Below are positions 12,420 to 26,594 of a stretch of 56,182 nt of DNA, one piece after another (positions within the stretch are counted from its first letter, which is position 1; every line of letters begins with the position of its first letter). The DNA is taken from NCBI GenBank assembly GCA_013265495.1, contig MU061579.1, forward strand, positions 3,975,749-4,031,930. Direction: 5' to 3'. The notes under the pieces are model-generated. The model saw only the letters and a program-made list of their open reading frames with translations, did no database searches and was not told the origin of the DNA. The translations under genes were made by a program, and so were the position numbers. Source of the stretch: Vicugna vicugna. Taxonomy: Eukaryota.

Positions 12420-13255
12420 TGAAGGAACTCTTAAAGCTCAACAATAAGAAAACAAACAACCTAATTAACTAATGAGCAAGAGACATGAACAGACACCTCA
12501 TCAAAGAAGATATTACAGATGGCAAATAAGAATATGAAAAGATGCTTGCCATCATATGTCATCAGAGAATTGCAGATTAAAACAGTGAGATACCATTACA
12601 CACCCATTAAAGTAGCTGAAATCCAAAACACTAGCAACACTAAATGCAGGCAAGGATGTAGAGCAACAGGAACTCTCTACAAAACCTTCACATAAATGTT
12701 TATTGCAGCTTTATTCATGATTGCCAAAAGTTAAAAGCAAAAGATGTCCTTCAGTAGGTGAATGCTCAAATAAACTGTGATACGTACATACAAGAGACTA
12801 TTATTCAGCGAGAAAAAAAAAAAGAAAAAAAACTATCAAATGGCAAAAAAGAACTCTAAATTCATAATGCTAATTAAAAGAGGCCAGTCTGAGAGGACTA
12901 TGTACTATATGATTGCAATTATGTAATATTTTGGAAAATGGAAAACTGTGGAGACAGTAAAAAGATCAGTGGTTCCCAGGGGCTCAGAAATGGGGAAAGG
13001 TGAGAGGAAAGGATAGGTGGATCACTGGGGATTTTTAGTTCAGTGAAACTGTTCTGTATTATACTATAATGGTAGATAAATTTCATTAAAAATTGGTAAA
13101 AACCCACTGAATGAACATCACAAAAAGTGAACTCTAATGTAAAATATGGACTTTAGTTAATAATATATCATTGATTGTTGCAAATGTGCCACATTAATGT
13201 AAGATGATAACAGTAGGATAAACTGTGTATATGAGAACTCTCATACAAATTAAAA
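12420..13255 (+). mobile_element. L1MC-type 3' end (ORF2 tail + 3'UTR)
   Basis: 'aacagacacctcatcaaagaaga..gatggcaaataag' and 'aaaactgtggagacagtaaaaagatcagtggtt' are typical of the L1MC 3' region. Confidence 0.85.
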
Positions 13256-13323
13256 AATGAAGTCACTTTCTGTTCTCCAGAAATCTGTTAGTTACAGTAA
13301 GTTGAGAATTACCATTCTTATTA

Positions 13324-13354
13324 CAACATACACACACATGCACGCACACACACA
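13324..13354. repeat. Imperfect (CA)n microsatellite
   Basis: caacatacacacacatgcacgcacacacaca. Confidence 0.75.
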
Positions 13355-15511
13355 AGTATCAGAGGACCGTGTTGGTTTCATTGAGCTCCTGTACAAGCTC
13401 TGAAACTGATGAGTTGAAAAAAAAATGGTGGAGAATGAATATGATCTGGTTAATAGTATTCCACTGGCTTAGAAGCAGTTTGGAAAGCATATTTCTCTGT
13501 CCAGTGGTTTGCTGTACCCCATGGAGCCCAAAAATGATTCTCTCTCCTAGTTTCATTAAAATGTTTTACTAGGGAGCTGTCTCTTGAGTGTCCGTTTTTG
13601 AAAGTAAAATGTAATGTTGAACTAGTTACTTCTTTACCAAAAGGAGAAGCCATATTTACCTGAATAATACTGTAATTGTGAAACACAAAATGACTCTATT
13701 GCTCAGATTACCCAGGTGATACTAGTTCTTAGTTCAGGCTACTTTTCGCACATTTAGTATTGTGTGTGTGGGTGCATGTGTTGTATGTGCTGGAGACCAA
13801 GGAATTATGCCCAAATCCAAGAGACCTTCCATGAATAATTTTGATAATGGAACTGAACAGAATTTTAGAAATACTGTCTTACAAGTAGAGGTAATTGAGG
13901 AAAGAGGGAAGAAGACCCAGAGATAATCTGTAATATATGTAATATATAAATAATATGTAACATAATATATTATATGCAATATAGAAATCTGTATATATAA
14001 TATGGCATATATTATATGCTTTGTATCCATGGTCTCTTTATATTACTGCAGGCATATTTACTAGGAGAAAATCTAGATTTGGAATAGTTGCTATTGGTCT
14101 TGACCATCCTCCAGTCGAAGCTACAAACAGTTGATGTGCAAGTATCATACACAGTATGTAATTAATAGACTTTTTTATTTCGACATTCTACAATTTACTT
14201 TATTGAGGGATTCTGTCTTCAAGTCTTAATAGTTACAAATTTTACTGTTCATTTGGTTTTGTAGACTCCATTCCCTGTGACCATAAAAGGACATCTTATA
14301 GAGATCCCAGCAATTCTGATTCATTGATTTGAATATCGTTAAATTTCCTAGACTTTTTTTGCATGAGCTGTAAACAAGCTTTCTCCATATTTCACTTTGG
14401 GAATTAGGTACCTCAGATGCTCTTTGAGGTAGGTGAGGTCTGTATTATAAATTCATGAAGCCATAAGTAAATCTTAATGCAACATTTTATTGATCTTAAT
14501 GGCCAGAATATAAAAATTTCTAATCATTATTTTTTAAGTTACAGAAATTCCTCTCAACATCTACTCTTATAGTGAACTTTTAATAGACTAAACTATAAAT
14601 GCTTTGACTATGATGATCACACATTCTTAGCTTTATATACTGTTCTCTCTGGGTCTCATGCTCTTTTAAACATTGTAGAGTTCTAGGATAATTTTGTTAA
14701 ATTGTTAAAATTTAGTAAAATTAAAATGTATTTATTTTTCTTTAAAACACGGTTTAAAATTCAAATTTGAATTCTGCAGTGAAGGAAAGTGTATATTATT
14801 ATATATGTAATTATATATGCAAAGAGAGCAATCTGTTTACCTAGTCAGAATCCTACTGTGAAAAACCATTAACGTTTAACAAATATTTTTACTGTCTGAA
14901 GCCTAACTACTAGAGAAATGCTATTAATCATATTAATACTTTTCATGGTAGACCATTACTCATCTTGTTTGATGAAAGTGTAGAGTTTTTGACAATCTCC
15001 AGAGTGTCATCTGATTAGGATCATCATCACTCAAATCCAACAGATATTGACATCTATGTTTCGAGAACATACAGCTCCTACTTACTGACATATTATTTGT
15101 AACTTTAACAGAAATTCAAGAGGAGGCAGTATCTTAGATGTCTATGAGGGAAAAAAAAAGCAGTCAGTTTTTGAGATAGATCAGCAACATTTTCTGTAAA
15201 ACAGTGCATTCTTGTCTAAGTTAAGAAAAAAGTTATTTAGGCTTCTCCTACTTTATAAATTGTTCCCTTGTGGAAAAACAAAAGCAAAAATGTTCCCCAA
15301 ATTCATTAGAGCAAAAATCATGGAGAAATTCAAAGAAGCACATGAATTCTTGCCTAAATGTTATCTAGAGAAATAATAATGTTAATTTAAGGGAAACATT
15401 AGAGATTTTAGCTATTAGTTTACATTCAATACAACCTATAAATTTGCTTTTGTTGACAAGCCAGAATAAAAAGTTTATTTTTTTCTAAAATACTCCAATA
15501 TGCAGAAATAA

Positions 15512-15817
15512 TTTTTCCAGCTTATTGAGGTATAATTGACAAATAAAATTACAAGACATTTAAAGTATACATTGTGATGATTTGATATATATTGTATATA
15601 TTGGAAAGGATTTCTTTCATATAGTTAAGTAGCATATCTGTCACCTCACAGATTTATCTTTTTACTGTTTTTTGTTTGTTTGTTTATTTTGGTGAGAACA
15701 TTAAAGTTCTATTCTCTTAGCAGTTTTCATTTATGCAATACAGTGTTATCAACTGTACTCACTATGTTATGCATTGGATCCTTAGACCTTATTCATCTTA
15801 AAGCAGAAACTTTGTAC
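15512..15817 (-). mobile_element. L1MA-type 3'UTR fragment
   Basis: 'ttattgaggtataattgacaaataaaat...ggtgagaacattaaagttctattctcttagcag' is an antisense L1MA 3' end. Confidence 0.85.
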
Positions 15818-16071
15818 AAGTCATTTAATGTTCATGCTTTCTCCAGCATTGAAGCAGAGAGTTACTAGGCCTGGTACAATTTCTGTAGGTCACATTTTAA
15901 AATTCACCTATTCTAGATTACCCTGATTTGCTTTAATTTGATATATACTTTGTAGTGACCTGTGTATCTTTGACAATGCTTTTTGTACTATGTGTCTGAA
16001 TATGAAAAAGGAAGACATTAAACCCCACTACTGAATGGAGGCACAAATAATTGATTACTAATGCTGTGAAT

Positions 16072-16398
16072 CAGTAGTTGGCAAACACTTTTTTTAAAAA
16101 GTCTAGATGAAAAGTGTTTAGGGTTCTGAGCCATTCTTCTTTTTCACAACTCTCCAACTCCACCATTGTAGTGTGAAAACAATCATAGATGACATGCAAA
16201 GAAATATGTGTGGCTGTTTTCCAATAAAAAAATTTGTTAACACTGAAATTTGAATTTTATATAATTTTTATGAGTCATAAGTATCAATCTTCTTTTGATT
16301 CATTTTCAGCTATTTAAAATGTGGACAACATTCTTAGTTTGTGAGCTATATGTACAAGCGATGGCCTGGATTTGATCCTCAAATTGTAGTTTGCTAAC
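16072..16398 (+). mobile_element. MER58B-like hAT-Charlie MITE
   Basis: 'cagtagttggcaaac...tgtggctgttttccaataaaa...ggcctggatttg..tagtttgctaac', about 330 bp. Confidence 0.8.
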
Positions 16399-17599
16399 AA
16401 TATAGACATGTAAGTAATAGAAATATGAAAACAGTTACATAATTTAATATGTACATGAGATTATAATATAAAATGCAGAAATTTTTAACCATTGTTTGAG
16501 TTAGTCAGAGATCGATTACTGGAAAAAGTGAGATGATTGGCACTGAAAGTAAGTCTAATTAGTGATAGAGGACAAGGAATTGGAAAACAATAGAGAGAGA
16601 AACAAGTTGTTAAGTAAGGGATCCAAAGCAGAAATGAATGAAGTGTGCCTTGGTGATTTGGAACTTAACATTTTATCATTGATTTGGATATTGGTAGTGC
16701 TTACCAATGATCTCTTTCATCTGTTATTCTATAAATTTCTATTTTTTAAGCTTATGCTGACTGATAAAGTGCTCATTTTAATGATTTAATATTATATACA
16801 GTCTTTCAATATAAATATAGTTAGTAATTTAAAAATATCTAACTTCAATATTCATATTAAATATGGACATTTCGTTTTTTTTATGGAAATCTTTGTAGAA
16901 AGTTGTCTTTTTTAACTGTGATTTGATTGCATCTGTCTTTTTTATGGTTTTTAACTCTAAAATCGAAAAAAGAGACTATTTAAATCAAACATGCAAATAA
17001 ACAGTATGAAAGTAGTACCTCTTCTAAGATAGAATTCTCGGGCCAATGATCTCTTCTTGGTGCTGGCTTCAAAGATACTGAATTTCTATTATAACTTCTA
17101 AGATAAGAACATGACAACTTAGCAGACAGAATCCCTCTTTAAGTACCATATCTCCACATTAAAAACTGTGTGTTGAAGCCTCCAAACTAAGTAATTTTAT
17201 TGAAAGAAAAACACGTAACTTGTGTGGCAAGGATAAAATTAATTAACCAATTAAGAGAAGTCTTTTCAAAAACTGATTACAGTATCATGTGAGCAAATCA
17301 AATCATGGATCTCCTCAAGATACCAGCATTTAAATTTGTATATTACAGATAGTCATGATGATAGATTTTTATTTTCGAAGAAGTTAAACTTCTTGGTGCA
17401 GGATGCGGAAAATATTTTCTCAGAACCTATTAGCAACACTAACTTCAGTATTATAAAAATGGTTTGGTAGTATCATACTTGAACAGATGTCCCCAGGCCA
17501 ATATATACTGAAAGCAAAGGAAAGCAAATTATTCATAGTTTGAAAGGTATCAGCTAAAGAGTAATAATGAATCAAATCCCTGCTCTCAAAAAACATTTC

Positions 17600-17695
17600 A
17601 TTTACGACAAGGCTGTGCACAGAGTGTTAAATTGTCATGCCAGGTTTCCAGGCCATACAGCCTGATCCAAGAGTCCACACTCTTCACCACTATAT
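17600..17695 (-). mobile_element. MIR fragment
   Basis: 'cagcctgatccaagagtccacactcttcaccactata' is an antisense MIR 5' end. Confidence 0.5.
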
Positions 17696-18623
17696 AAAAT
17701 ATTCATTACTCCAGAGTGAGTTATACCAAGTTGTTAATTCATTGTAAATTTTTCTAGTGAAATATTCACATAGCAGACATTCTGGCAATTTGCGGCAAAC
17801 ACTACTGAATCTGATTAATTTCTGCTTCATTTGCATTTCAAAATTTATTTACATTGAGGTAGAAATATTTTGAAGTCAAAATAATATGGTAAGAGTGTGA
17901 AAGTTGAAGAAATGGTCTTAGCAGAAAGAACAAATAATAATACGTTGAGAAATGAAGAAGGACACAATCTTGTCAGAACATTTTTTAGTCATCCAAGTAT
18001 TTTACTAGAGGGTGGGAAACACTGAAAATTCCATGATGGCTTAGTTGTCTTAGTATCAGTAAACTCTCTGTAACATGGGGTTCTGAGTCAGAGAATGCTG
18101 AAATATCCTCCATTGGTGCCAAAGTGCTTATGAAACTATTACTGCCTGGTGACCAAGCAGGTTTACTGGCTTATAAAAATAAGCCCAGCTTGAGGCAAAG
18201 AATTAAAGACACTCTTAGATTTTGCTTCTTCATACTAATGTAGCTATTAATGTACTGGCCTGAATGATTTTTCTTACTTACCTTCTTATACCAATATATT
18301 ACTTTCTCAAGAAAATTATAAATATCCTAGAAATACTAATTTCATTTTGGTCACAAGCTTCATGTGTAGTAAATATTCACTCATTCAAGCATACTTTGAT
18401 TCATTCTGTGGTGCTTCAGTGATATCTATGAATGTATCTGACTGATATATCTGAATGAATTTCAGTTATAGAAAAATGACCTCATATAGATACCACCTTC
18501 AATTCCAAACCATTCTGGGATTATTTTTCAAGACTTCTAGATTTCTGGGTGGGACTTCAGGGAGATAACGTACATTTTAGATGAGTCCTATATCCCTCTA
18601 TATTTAATGCTGCATACTCTCCT

Positions 18624-19066
18624 TTTTTAAAAATTTGTTTTTATTGAGATATAATTGATAAATAACATTATATAAGTTTAAGATATGCAATGTGTTGATT
18701 TAATACATTTATATATCACAGTGTGATTAACACCATAGCATTAACCAACACCTCTCTCACATCACATAATTATCATTTCTTTTTTTGTGCTGGTAACAAT
18801 TAAGATCTAGTCTCTTAGCAACTTTGAAGTTGATAATACAGTATTGTTGACTGTATAATCACTGTGCTTAGTGCATTAGACCTCCAGGGCTTATTTATCT
18901 GCAATTTGCACCCTTAAACTATGTCTCCGCAGTTCTCCCACCCTGTAGCCTCTGGTAACCACCATCCCACTCTGTTTTCACGAGTTTGAGTTACTTTAGA
19001 TTCCACATATAAGGGATGTCAGGCAGTGTTTGTCTTTCTCTTTCTGACTTAAATTACTTCATAATG
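18624..19066 (-). mobile_element. L1MA9-like 3'UTR fragment
   Basis: 'tttattgagatataattga...ctctggtaaccaccat..ttagattccacatataag' is an antisense L1 3' end. Confidence 0.88.
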
Positions 19067-20741
19067 TCTGTCTTTAGTCTGCTTCTCCCTATATATTATA
19101 TGTACTATATAAAATGAATATAATTATTTCATTATATATTTTTAAAATTATATGTTTTATAAAAACACATATAATTACGCATACAATATGAAAATTAGTT
19201 CATACTGAATTGCTAGATTGTTCATCTACTGGTTCACTTAAGTACATTTTAGAAACTTCTTTAACAGCCTACCCTTTTCTGAAAGCACTCTAAATATGGA
19301 ATTTTCATTGAGTACTCTGAAGAGATCTCTCTGATGTGCCTAATTGAGTGCCAACTGGGCATGAAGTGGGTCTAATTGTTCTTTATAGCATTTAGTGCAT
19401 TGTTGATGCTCAAAGCATCTTTAAATGATGACAATAGAAACAGTGTTCCCTGGCCTCTGGATAGAATGTTTCCTCTCTTGCTATTTTCTCTCTGCTGGGT
19501 GTATTACAAGACCGAGTCTCACAGTCCAAATTGCTTGGATTGTGATCCTTTGTTTCTATGCTTTGGCATTGTTCTTTCACTGTATTTATTGGTATTTTGG
19601 CATTTCTTCCACTCAGGAGATATGGGAATTGGCTTGTCTCTATGTCATCCTTAACCTGTGAAAAATACCTCATAGAAAACCCATAAAGTTCTTAATTTTT
19701 ATTATTTTGATCAGGGAATTCATAATTTGAAGTAAAAGTATCAATTTTCCTTTTCTCCAAGGAGGAAAAAAGTCACCAAATGAAACCTGGAGATTTTTTT
19801 CAACTCCAGTATCTTGAGATGTTATTCAATTTCTATGCCCAGTGTTATAAATCACAAAGACACTTATCTTTGCATTCCAATGGATCAGCAGAAAACTGAA
19901 GGGAAGCTTTTAAATTATTGCAAATTCCCAATAGTTTCACTGTTATAAACCTTTGTCCACTAAAAATCTCTATTGCTTTCTTCCACAATCTGACGTGGTT
20001 GCATTATCTAATTCACACAGTGGTTGGGACAGGCCCTCCTCACACCCCACATCCATTTTTCCTGCATCAGTTCTTGAGATGTGGCAGTAGCATTATTTTA
20101 TTTTATTACTCAAGAATAATATAATAGCTTGCATTCCTAGAAAGCTAATTTTTATTTCAAAATTAAAATATTTTCTTTTTATTTTAAGTGTTACTAATAT
20201 ATAAATGCATCTTTTGGAAAACATAAAGAAAATAATATATATGTGTATATGTTTCATAAGTAACATATGCGCACCTCTTCCACCAAAATTCTAGTAATAA
20301 GCTAGAAGTCTTCTAATACTTCCATACTGAAGTCATGCAATTCAGTCTTCTAATCATGTGAGAACAAAAACTTACTCCATGAACTCAACTTGCAGATCTG
20401 TAAGAAGGCCTGTGTATGGATTAAGAAAAATTAGGCCTTGTCTCATTCTGTGTAGATGATTGAAATTCTGTGTAGATGATTGAATAATGTATTTTGTATA
20501 ACTCAAAGCATTGTTACAGTCACTGGTATTTAGTTTGTTCGTAGGATTCCCAAACACAAATCTCATTCATAGTCTACTGACATCTTTTTAAATAATGGAA
20601 AAAATTAACATGCAGAAAATGCATTTAGTGAAATGAAACTGTTATTTCTGGCAGATACTTAAACTCTAAGCCCCACTGTAATCCTCTGGTGGCATAAAAT
20701 GAAGAAAGTGGAAAACTAAGTTAGATTAATTGTAATGAGCA

Positions 20742-20945
20742 TAACTAACATTTATTGAGTGTTACAGACACTATACTTGGACATTTTACATCTTATTTAA
20801 TCTTTACAGCAACTGCAAGAAGTGTTACTGTCACCAGTTTACAGGTAAAGAAAATAAGCATAGAGAGATTTATAGACTTGGACAAGGTCATTTTGCTAAC
20901 AGGAAATAAATGCAAAGTTCTAATTCAGGTAGTCAGATAGAGAAT
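20742..20945 (-). mobile_element. MIR SINE
   Basis: 'taacatttattgagtg...tttaatctttacagcaac...tttacaggtaaagaaaataagc...gacttggacaaggtca' includes the MIR core. Confidence 0.75.
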
Positions 20946-21600
20946 GCATAGAAATGGTTTAAGTGATTTCCAATACCTAAAAAGAGTTAGCAGTTTCCTT
21001 TATTTATTTATTTATTTTTCCTGTGCCAGTCCGTATCACTATTGGAATCCTCTGTATTTTACTCCTCTGATGGCAGGAAAAGTCCCAGGTAACTCAGGGT
21101 AACAGCAAATCAAAAGGCATTTACACCAATAAAAGATAGTTGGTTCTCATTCTGCCATTACTCTTTTACCAAGTCTTGGTGTCCAAATAGTATCTTTGCA
21201 TATGACATGTTCTTTCATGCATTCTTTTTATGTGGATATAGAGTTAGAAAAGGAAAATGCTAGATAATGGGCTGGGACAGTAAAGATGGGGTGACTTAAG
21301 CTGTTCCAAGTGACCAATAGCTGTTAAATATGTTATGCATTTATTAATTTATTGAGTCAATACAAATTTATTGAATTTCAACTAGGAATTGAAGTCTGGG
21401 GTAGATACTGTGGCACATAAATAAGAAATATGTAGTTGAAATAATTGAGCAAAAATACAAGGAATTGTGCTACACCGTGGGACCCAACACATCAACTTTA
21501 TCACACAATCCTTTTTTGAGATATTAATATATATATATATGCATATATATGTAAACAAATTTAAATTCTCATTCCCCAAAATATCAGAAACATTGGTAAG

Positions 21601-21640
21601 TATTATTATTATTATTATTATTATTAATATTATTATTAAT
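21601..21640. repeat. (TAT)n microsatellite
   Basis: tattattattattattattattattaatattattattaat. Confidence 0.95.
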
Positions 21641-24600
21641 TTTTAAACTATGTATTTGATCATGGAAAGTAGGTATGGCCTACTTACTCTAATTTCAATA
21701 AAACATCTTACAGAGTCTTTCTCACATCAATTAAGAGATTATTTCCATGAATCCAGTTTTAAAAACTAAATTAGGGCAATCTGGTGTATGAATTTGGTTA
21801 CAGAGCTTTTTGGCTCTCTCCACAGACATATTGTATTGCAGTCTTCCCAAAATATTCCATTTGAATAACTAAGAAAATAGTAAGTAGGATCTGGGAGGAA
21901 TTCAATATAGTTTACTGGATTTTTCTTACAAGAGTGACTCAATATTAAGCCTGACTGCAAAGAAGAAAACTAGAAGTGGTTAGAGGAACACCATATCTCA
22001 GCATTGTGTGATCTTTAAAATTTCTATTCAACAGATAGACCTGAAGCAGCTGTTTTCTTCTACATTTCCTGGATTCTTGCCCTGCTTTTTCCTAGCTTAG
22101 TATATGGTCAATGTCCGAGGAAAACCTCTGTGTAACATAAAGGCCTGTAAACTTGAATAATTTTTTTTAGCTATTTTAGTGGAGTGATAGATTTAAGCTT
22201 ATAGTCAATGTTATTTACATTTAACATAAAATTGAATTCTATTTGTAAAATACATTAAAAGAGGAATATTGTAATGTTTACAATAAAATAAAATAATTTG
22301 AATTTCAGATAAAATAGAATTTTTAAGAATATGTTAGAAGTAAAAAGGTGTATACAATTTATGAAAAATAATGAAGTATGTATTAATGATGTTCTTAATT
22401 AAAATTTATTGAAGTTAGTATTATCATTTTATCTCAATAATTCATTTTAAATATTGAAATAGTTATGATTTTGACTTTATAATAAATATAACATTACTTA
22501 TATTTGATATAAAAATTATCTCTGTATTAATGACTAACTCTTAGCTAAGATTTCTTATCTCATGGGAATATGTGTAATAAAAACTGGGTCATTGGTGTTG
22601 AAGAATCCTTCAAGTTGCTCTGTGACAATACAAGGGAAAAGAATTGTTGAGTAAAATAAAACATTAGATGGGAAGCTTAGGTTTATATCTCACTCTCAGA
22701 AAGGCATATTTCAATAACTTCTTTAGTTTAAAATATACAAAGTAAAATTTGCCTGTACAGATTTTTCTTTTGTTTCTGTAAGAATGACAATATTAAGAAG
22801 AATGAAAAGAGAGAGGTATAAATGTTTCTTGAGGCTTACAGTATATTGATATTTCTTTTGTATTTTTGAATTCTCTTATATTCTTAATGCAGCAAGACAG
22901 TGTATTCTACTAAAATATTTGTGAAGAATTAAAAACATCACATAAAACATTATAAAATGTATTTGTTTTGATTGATTTCTGTTGCATTATCCACTTTTTT
23001 TTTTTTTTTAGTCTGGCTAGGTTTAAAAAAAATCTTATTATTAAGTTGGGAAGAATCTCTACTTTCCAAAGTGGATTAACTTCAAGGAGTTTGCACAGGA
23101 GTGTGTCCAAAATTTACAATGTGATGTAAAACTAAAACATTTTAATTTTAGTATTTTATAATTTAGTATACTTTGTGGTACCCCAAAGCATTACCTAAAC
23201 CTTAATAGAGAATAAGTCTTTACGATTCGCTTCAATTGAATGCTTCTAAGCAGGTGAAAATGAGGAATCATTATATGCACTAGTGGAAGGAAGCATACTT
23301 TTAAGCTGCAGTTTTGTTTGTCACCTTACTCATGACAGCTATAACAAATAAAGAAACTGAGGATGAATTCATAGGGATAATTAAGCAGTGTTGATCTTAG
23401 GACAGTTTTCTTTTCAATGAAACACTGATTGCATTGTTCATAACAAAACTATCTCTGCATGACAGAACTAATTACTGACCATCTGAACTTACTTAGCCAA
23501 ACGAAAAAAGCAATTAAAAACACCGTCATCACTGAATCTACCATAGAACAGCTGGTTATATTGATAAGCAATCCCGCAAGCTAAAGCTACTTTAGAACAC
23601 AATGGAACATAATCTGTTTTCTCAGTAGTAATTAGAGAGCAATAAGAGAATATGAGATTACTGTTGAGAAATTGTAGTTGTGATGCAAACCACTTTTAAA
23701 ATACATTTTTCCTCCTGAATTGACATAATAGGCAAAAAATTTGATGTTCTTCAAGATATTTTATTTTCCCATGGGATTTACAGATCATATTGTAGGATTT
23801 TTCAATAATTAGTCATCTGTTTAAAACAGGATAAATTTTTATGACATTGCAATTCGATTTACCAGAGCAAGTAAAGACAGTCTTTACATAGGAATCATTG
23901 TGACACTTAAGAAACTGGAAGAGAAGTTACATGTTGTTGGGATTCAAACTTAGTTTTTGCAGAGGCAGAGAGACCAGTAAGATCTCTTTAAACTCATTAA
24001 CAAAATTGTCTTTTGATGCAGTTCCTTTGGGTAAAATATTTTTATTCATCACCCAATGAAATAAATTCAACAAAATGTATATAGTACTTCTGTTTGTCAG
24101 GAATTTTGCTAAGTTTTATTGTCACAGTCAAGCAGGACACTCCTTTTTTCTCTCTGTTTTTGGCTACTAAGTATTTGATCCTTTGCCTTTATTAGTAAAA
24201 GTACTTTTTTTTTTTTTCTGGACTTGCTTAAAACAAAAGTAATGTTAGATTTACTCTTCAATAAAGGGATGCTAAAACAGTGAAAATGTGTTAGAGAATA
24301 TATTTCATTCTCCTGTAACTTCAGCATCATCTCTTTGCCAAGAACTATACATCTATTGACAGTCTTGTATGTGTCAATCACAGAGGAGTGAATAAAGGAG
24401 TCTAGAAATTGGTATTCTTATGGTGATGTGACAAAGACTTACAATGCCTGACTCTTGGCAGCTTCAACTACTCCTTCATTTGGGTGGGTTTTATGATTTC
24501 AGCTGAACTGCAGGTCCCTCAAAAAGGATCAGCCTTTGTGGGCAGCATAAGCATGAGATAAAAGCTCTTTCGGTTGCTAGCAAGCCAAGATAGGTTAGTG

Positions 24601-25996
24601 AGATCAGCTTTTGGCTAAACTTCAGTCAGATAGTCTACATCACTGATTGGCATCATAAGCTGATAAAAGGAGCATGGTTTCATGTTGCCAAGGAACAGAG
24701 CATTTAGGGGAGAAACACATGCCTACGCTTTAATCTGTTCCCCAAGACATTTTCCCAATATCTCTTTGGAATGAAAACCAGGGCCATTTTCCTTACAAAT
24801 TCAGGGTAATTGTGTCAACCAGGGAAATTAGATGAAAATGCTAAGGTTTTTTTAGGATTTGAAATCAGCTCTTGTGGGTTGCTTTAGTTTCCACCCTCTT
24901 ATTGTCTAATAATATTTCTCTTTTACTGTGTATCCTAAGATATTACATTGGTATTTAATTTTACCTATAGTATTTGAGTTTTATTATAAATGCTATCATT
25001 AAGTCATTGTTTCCCTACTTAATGCTTGTTTTCTTAACTATAAAAATTTGTTTTAACCCTAAATGTTCAAAAAAGCATTAAAATTATAAAGTAGAGTGAT
25101 GGATACTATATTTTAAAATATATAATGAACACATAAGGGTTGAAATAGAATTTATTGTATAAATTATAAATAGCAAATAATAGAACTTGATTATTCAATC
25201 CTAATGTAATTAAGACTTTTGAGGGAATTTTAGCTGATTTATATGTACATTTACATTTGGCTCTGTGTTTTTTACCTAACAATTTCTGAATGCCTTATGT
25301 ATTTTAATCATTCTTTATAAGACTCTTGGATGTTATACATTATTACTTCCACATCATGGAGTATTAAATGTAAGTCTTAGGAGTGAGAAAGATTTAAGTG
25401 TCAAAATGTCGGACAGCCAAATGTATTATTTAGTAGACTATTCTTGATTCTGTAATGAAATTTTTCTTTTTTTCCTGAAGTACTTTGGTAAATGCAGTCA
25501 TTTAGACTTTTAAAATTTCTATTTAGATGTTTTAAATTTTTAGATTTATAGATGAAATATCATTATATTAGTTTATTCCTTTCACTATTTGGCATTTATA
25601 TCATAGTTTTTCGTTAGTAAAATGCTCATGTGTGTGTCTGTATCCAGTGTATACTCCCTCTCTCCTATATTTTCCCAGTGAATGGTGTAAATTTCTATTT
25701 TGCCTCCATTGTCACCCTTTGCCTACTTACTCTCCCTACTATTTTCCTGTGTTGCCCTGTCTTTTACTTACATGTATGTATGCATATTACATGTCTGAAC
25801 CTATGAAATACTCTTAAGAATTCAAAACAGACATTTGGGAATTAAAGCTAATGAGCCATCCAAAAGCAACAGTAGAAAAAGTAGTGAGTTGCCTATGGTT
25901 TTACATCAAACTTGTAAACTTATGAGGAAAAGTGTTTCAGACTTTTGATTTCTAGTCCAGTATATAAGGAGCTTGGAAATCATCACTCCCATCCAT

Positions 25997-25997
<1 letters not shown>

Positions 25998-26028
<31 letters not shown>

Positions 26029-26042
26029 AATAATAATAATAA
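25998..26042. repeat. Compound microsatellite (CAA)10(TAA)5
   Basis: Read directly; lies inside the L1 5' region. Confidence 0.95.
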
Positions 26043-26548
26043 AAAGCTAAACAAAAATAAAAATTCTTAGATCTATCAGGGAATTGAGGTTGCAGGGCAA
26101 ACTGCTGGCCCCCAAAATTAGAAAGATACGCAGATACAGAAAATCACATCTTAGGCAGGTAGAATCCCATGAGCAGAAACCTTGGTGGTAACCTGCATCA
26201 CAGTAGGAAAGTCTAGATGGTAATTGACAAAATGCTGGAGATACAGTGTGGACAAGTTTGCGAGTTCAAAACTCTGGAGTGACCCAGTCCTCACAGACTG
26301 CACACTTTTGTTAGTTTTACCTCCTGGAACTGAACTAGATTCTGACACTGAAAATGGGAGAAAAATCTTGTACTTCTGGCAAAGGGAGAAAAATAGTGGA
26401 TATTTTGAAAAAGCTCCAGATTATTCTATTCTTCTAACAAGCCCTGCCTTCAAAATAAACTATTTCATTGTTGGTTAACCAGCTTGGCTTTTTACCGGAG
26501 TCTAATTGAATGGAGAGAAGGGAAATACTCAGCTCTAGCTAGTACAGC

Positions 26549-26594
26549 TCCGTTGAGGTGAAGTCGTGTAAACCGCCTCTGGAATACAGAAAGC
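26549..26594 (+). repeat. 46-bp dispersed direct repeat, identical to 28261-28306
   Basis: tccgttgaggtgaagtcgtgtaaaccgcctctggaatacagaaagc occurs at both positions. Confidence 0.98.

Noticed and set aside
13925..14020. AT-rich quasi-palindromic stretch
   Set aside because: Decayed (TA)n low-complexity sequence; self-complementarity is expected from composition.
21826..21879. Plus-strand exon-like segment (CTCTCTCCACAG ... ATA|GTAAGT)
   Set aside because: Stop codons in all three frames and no other support.
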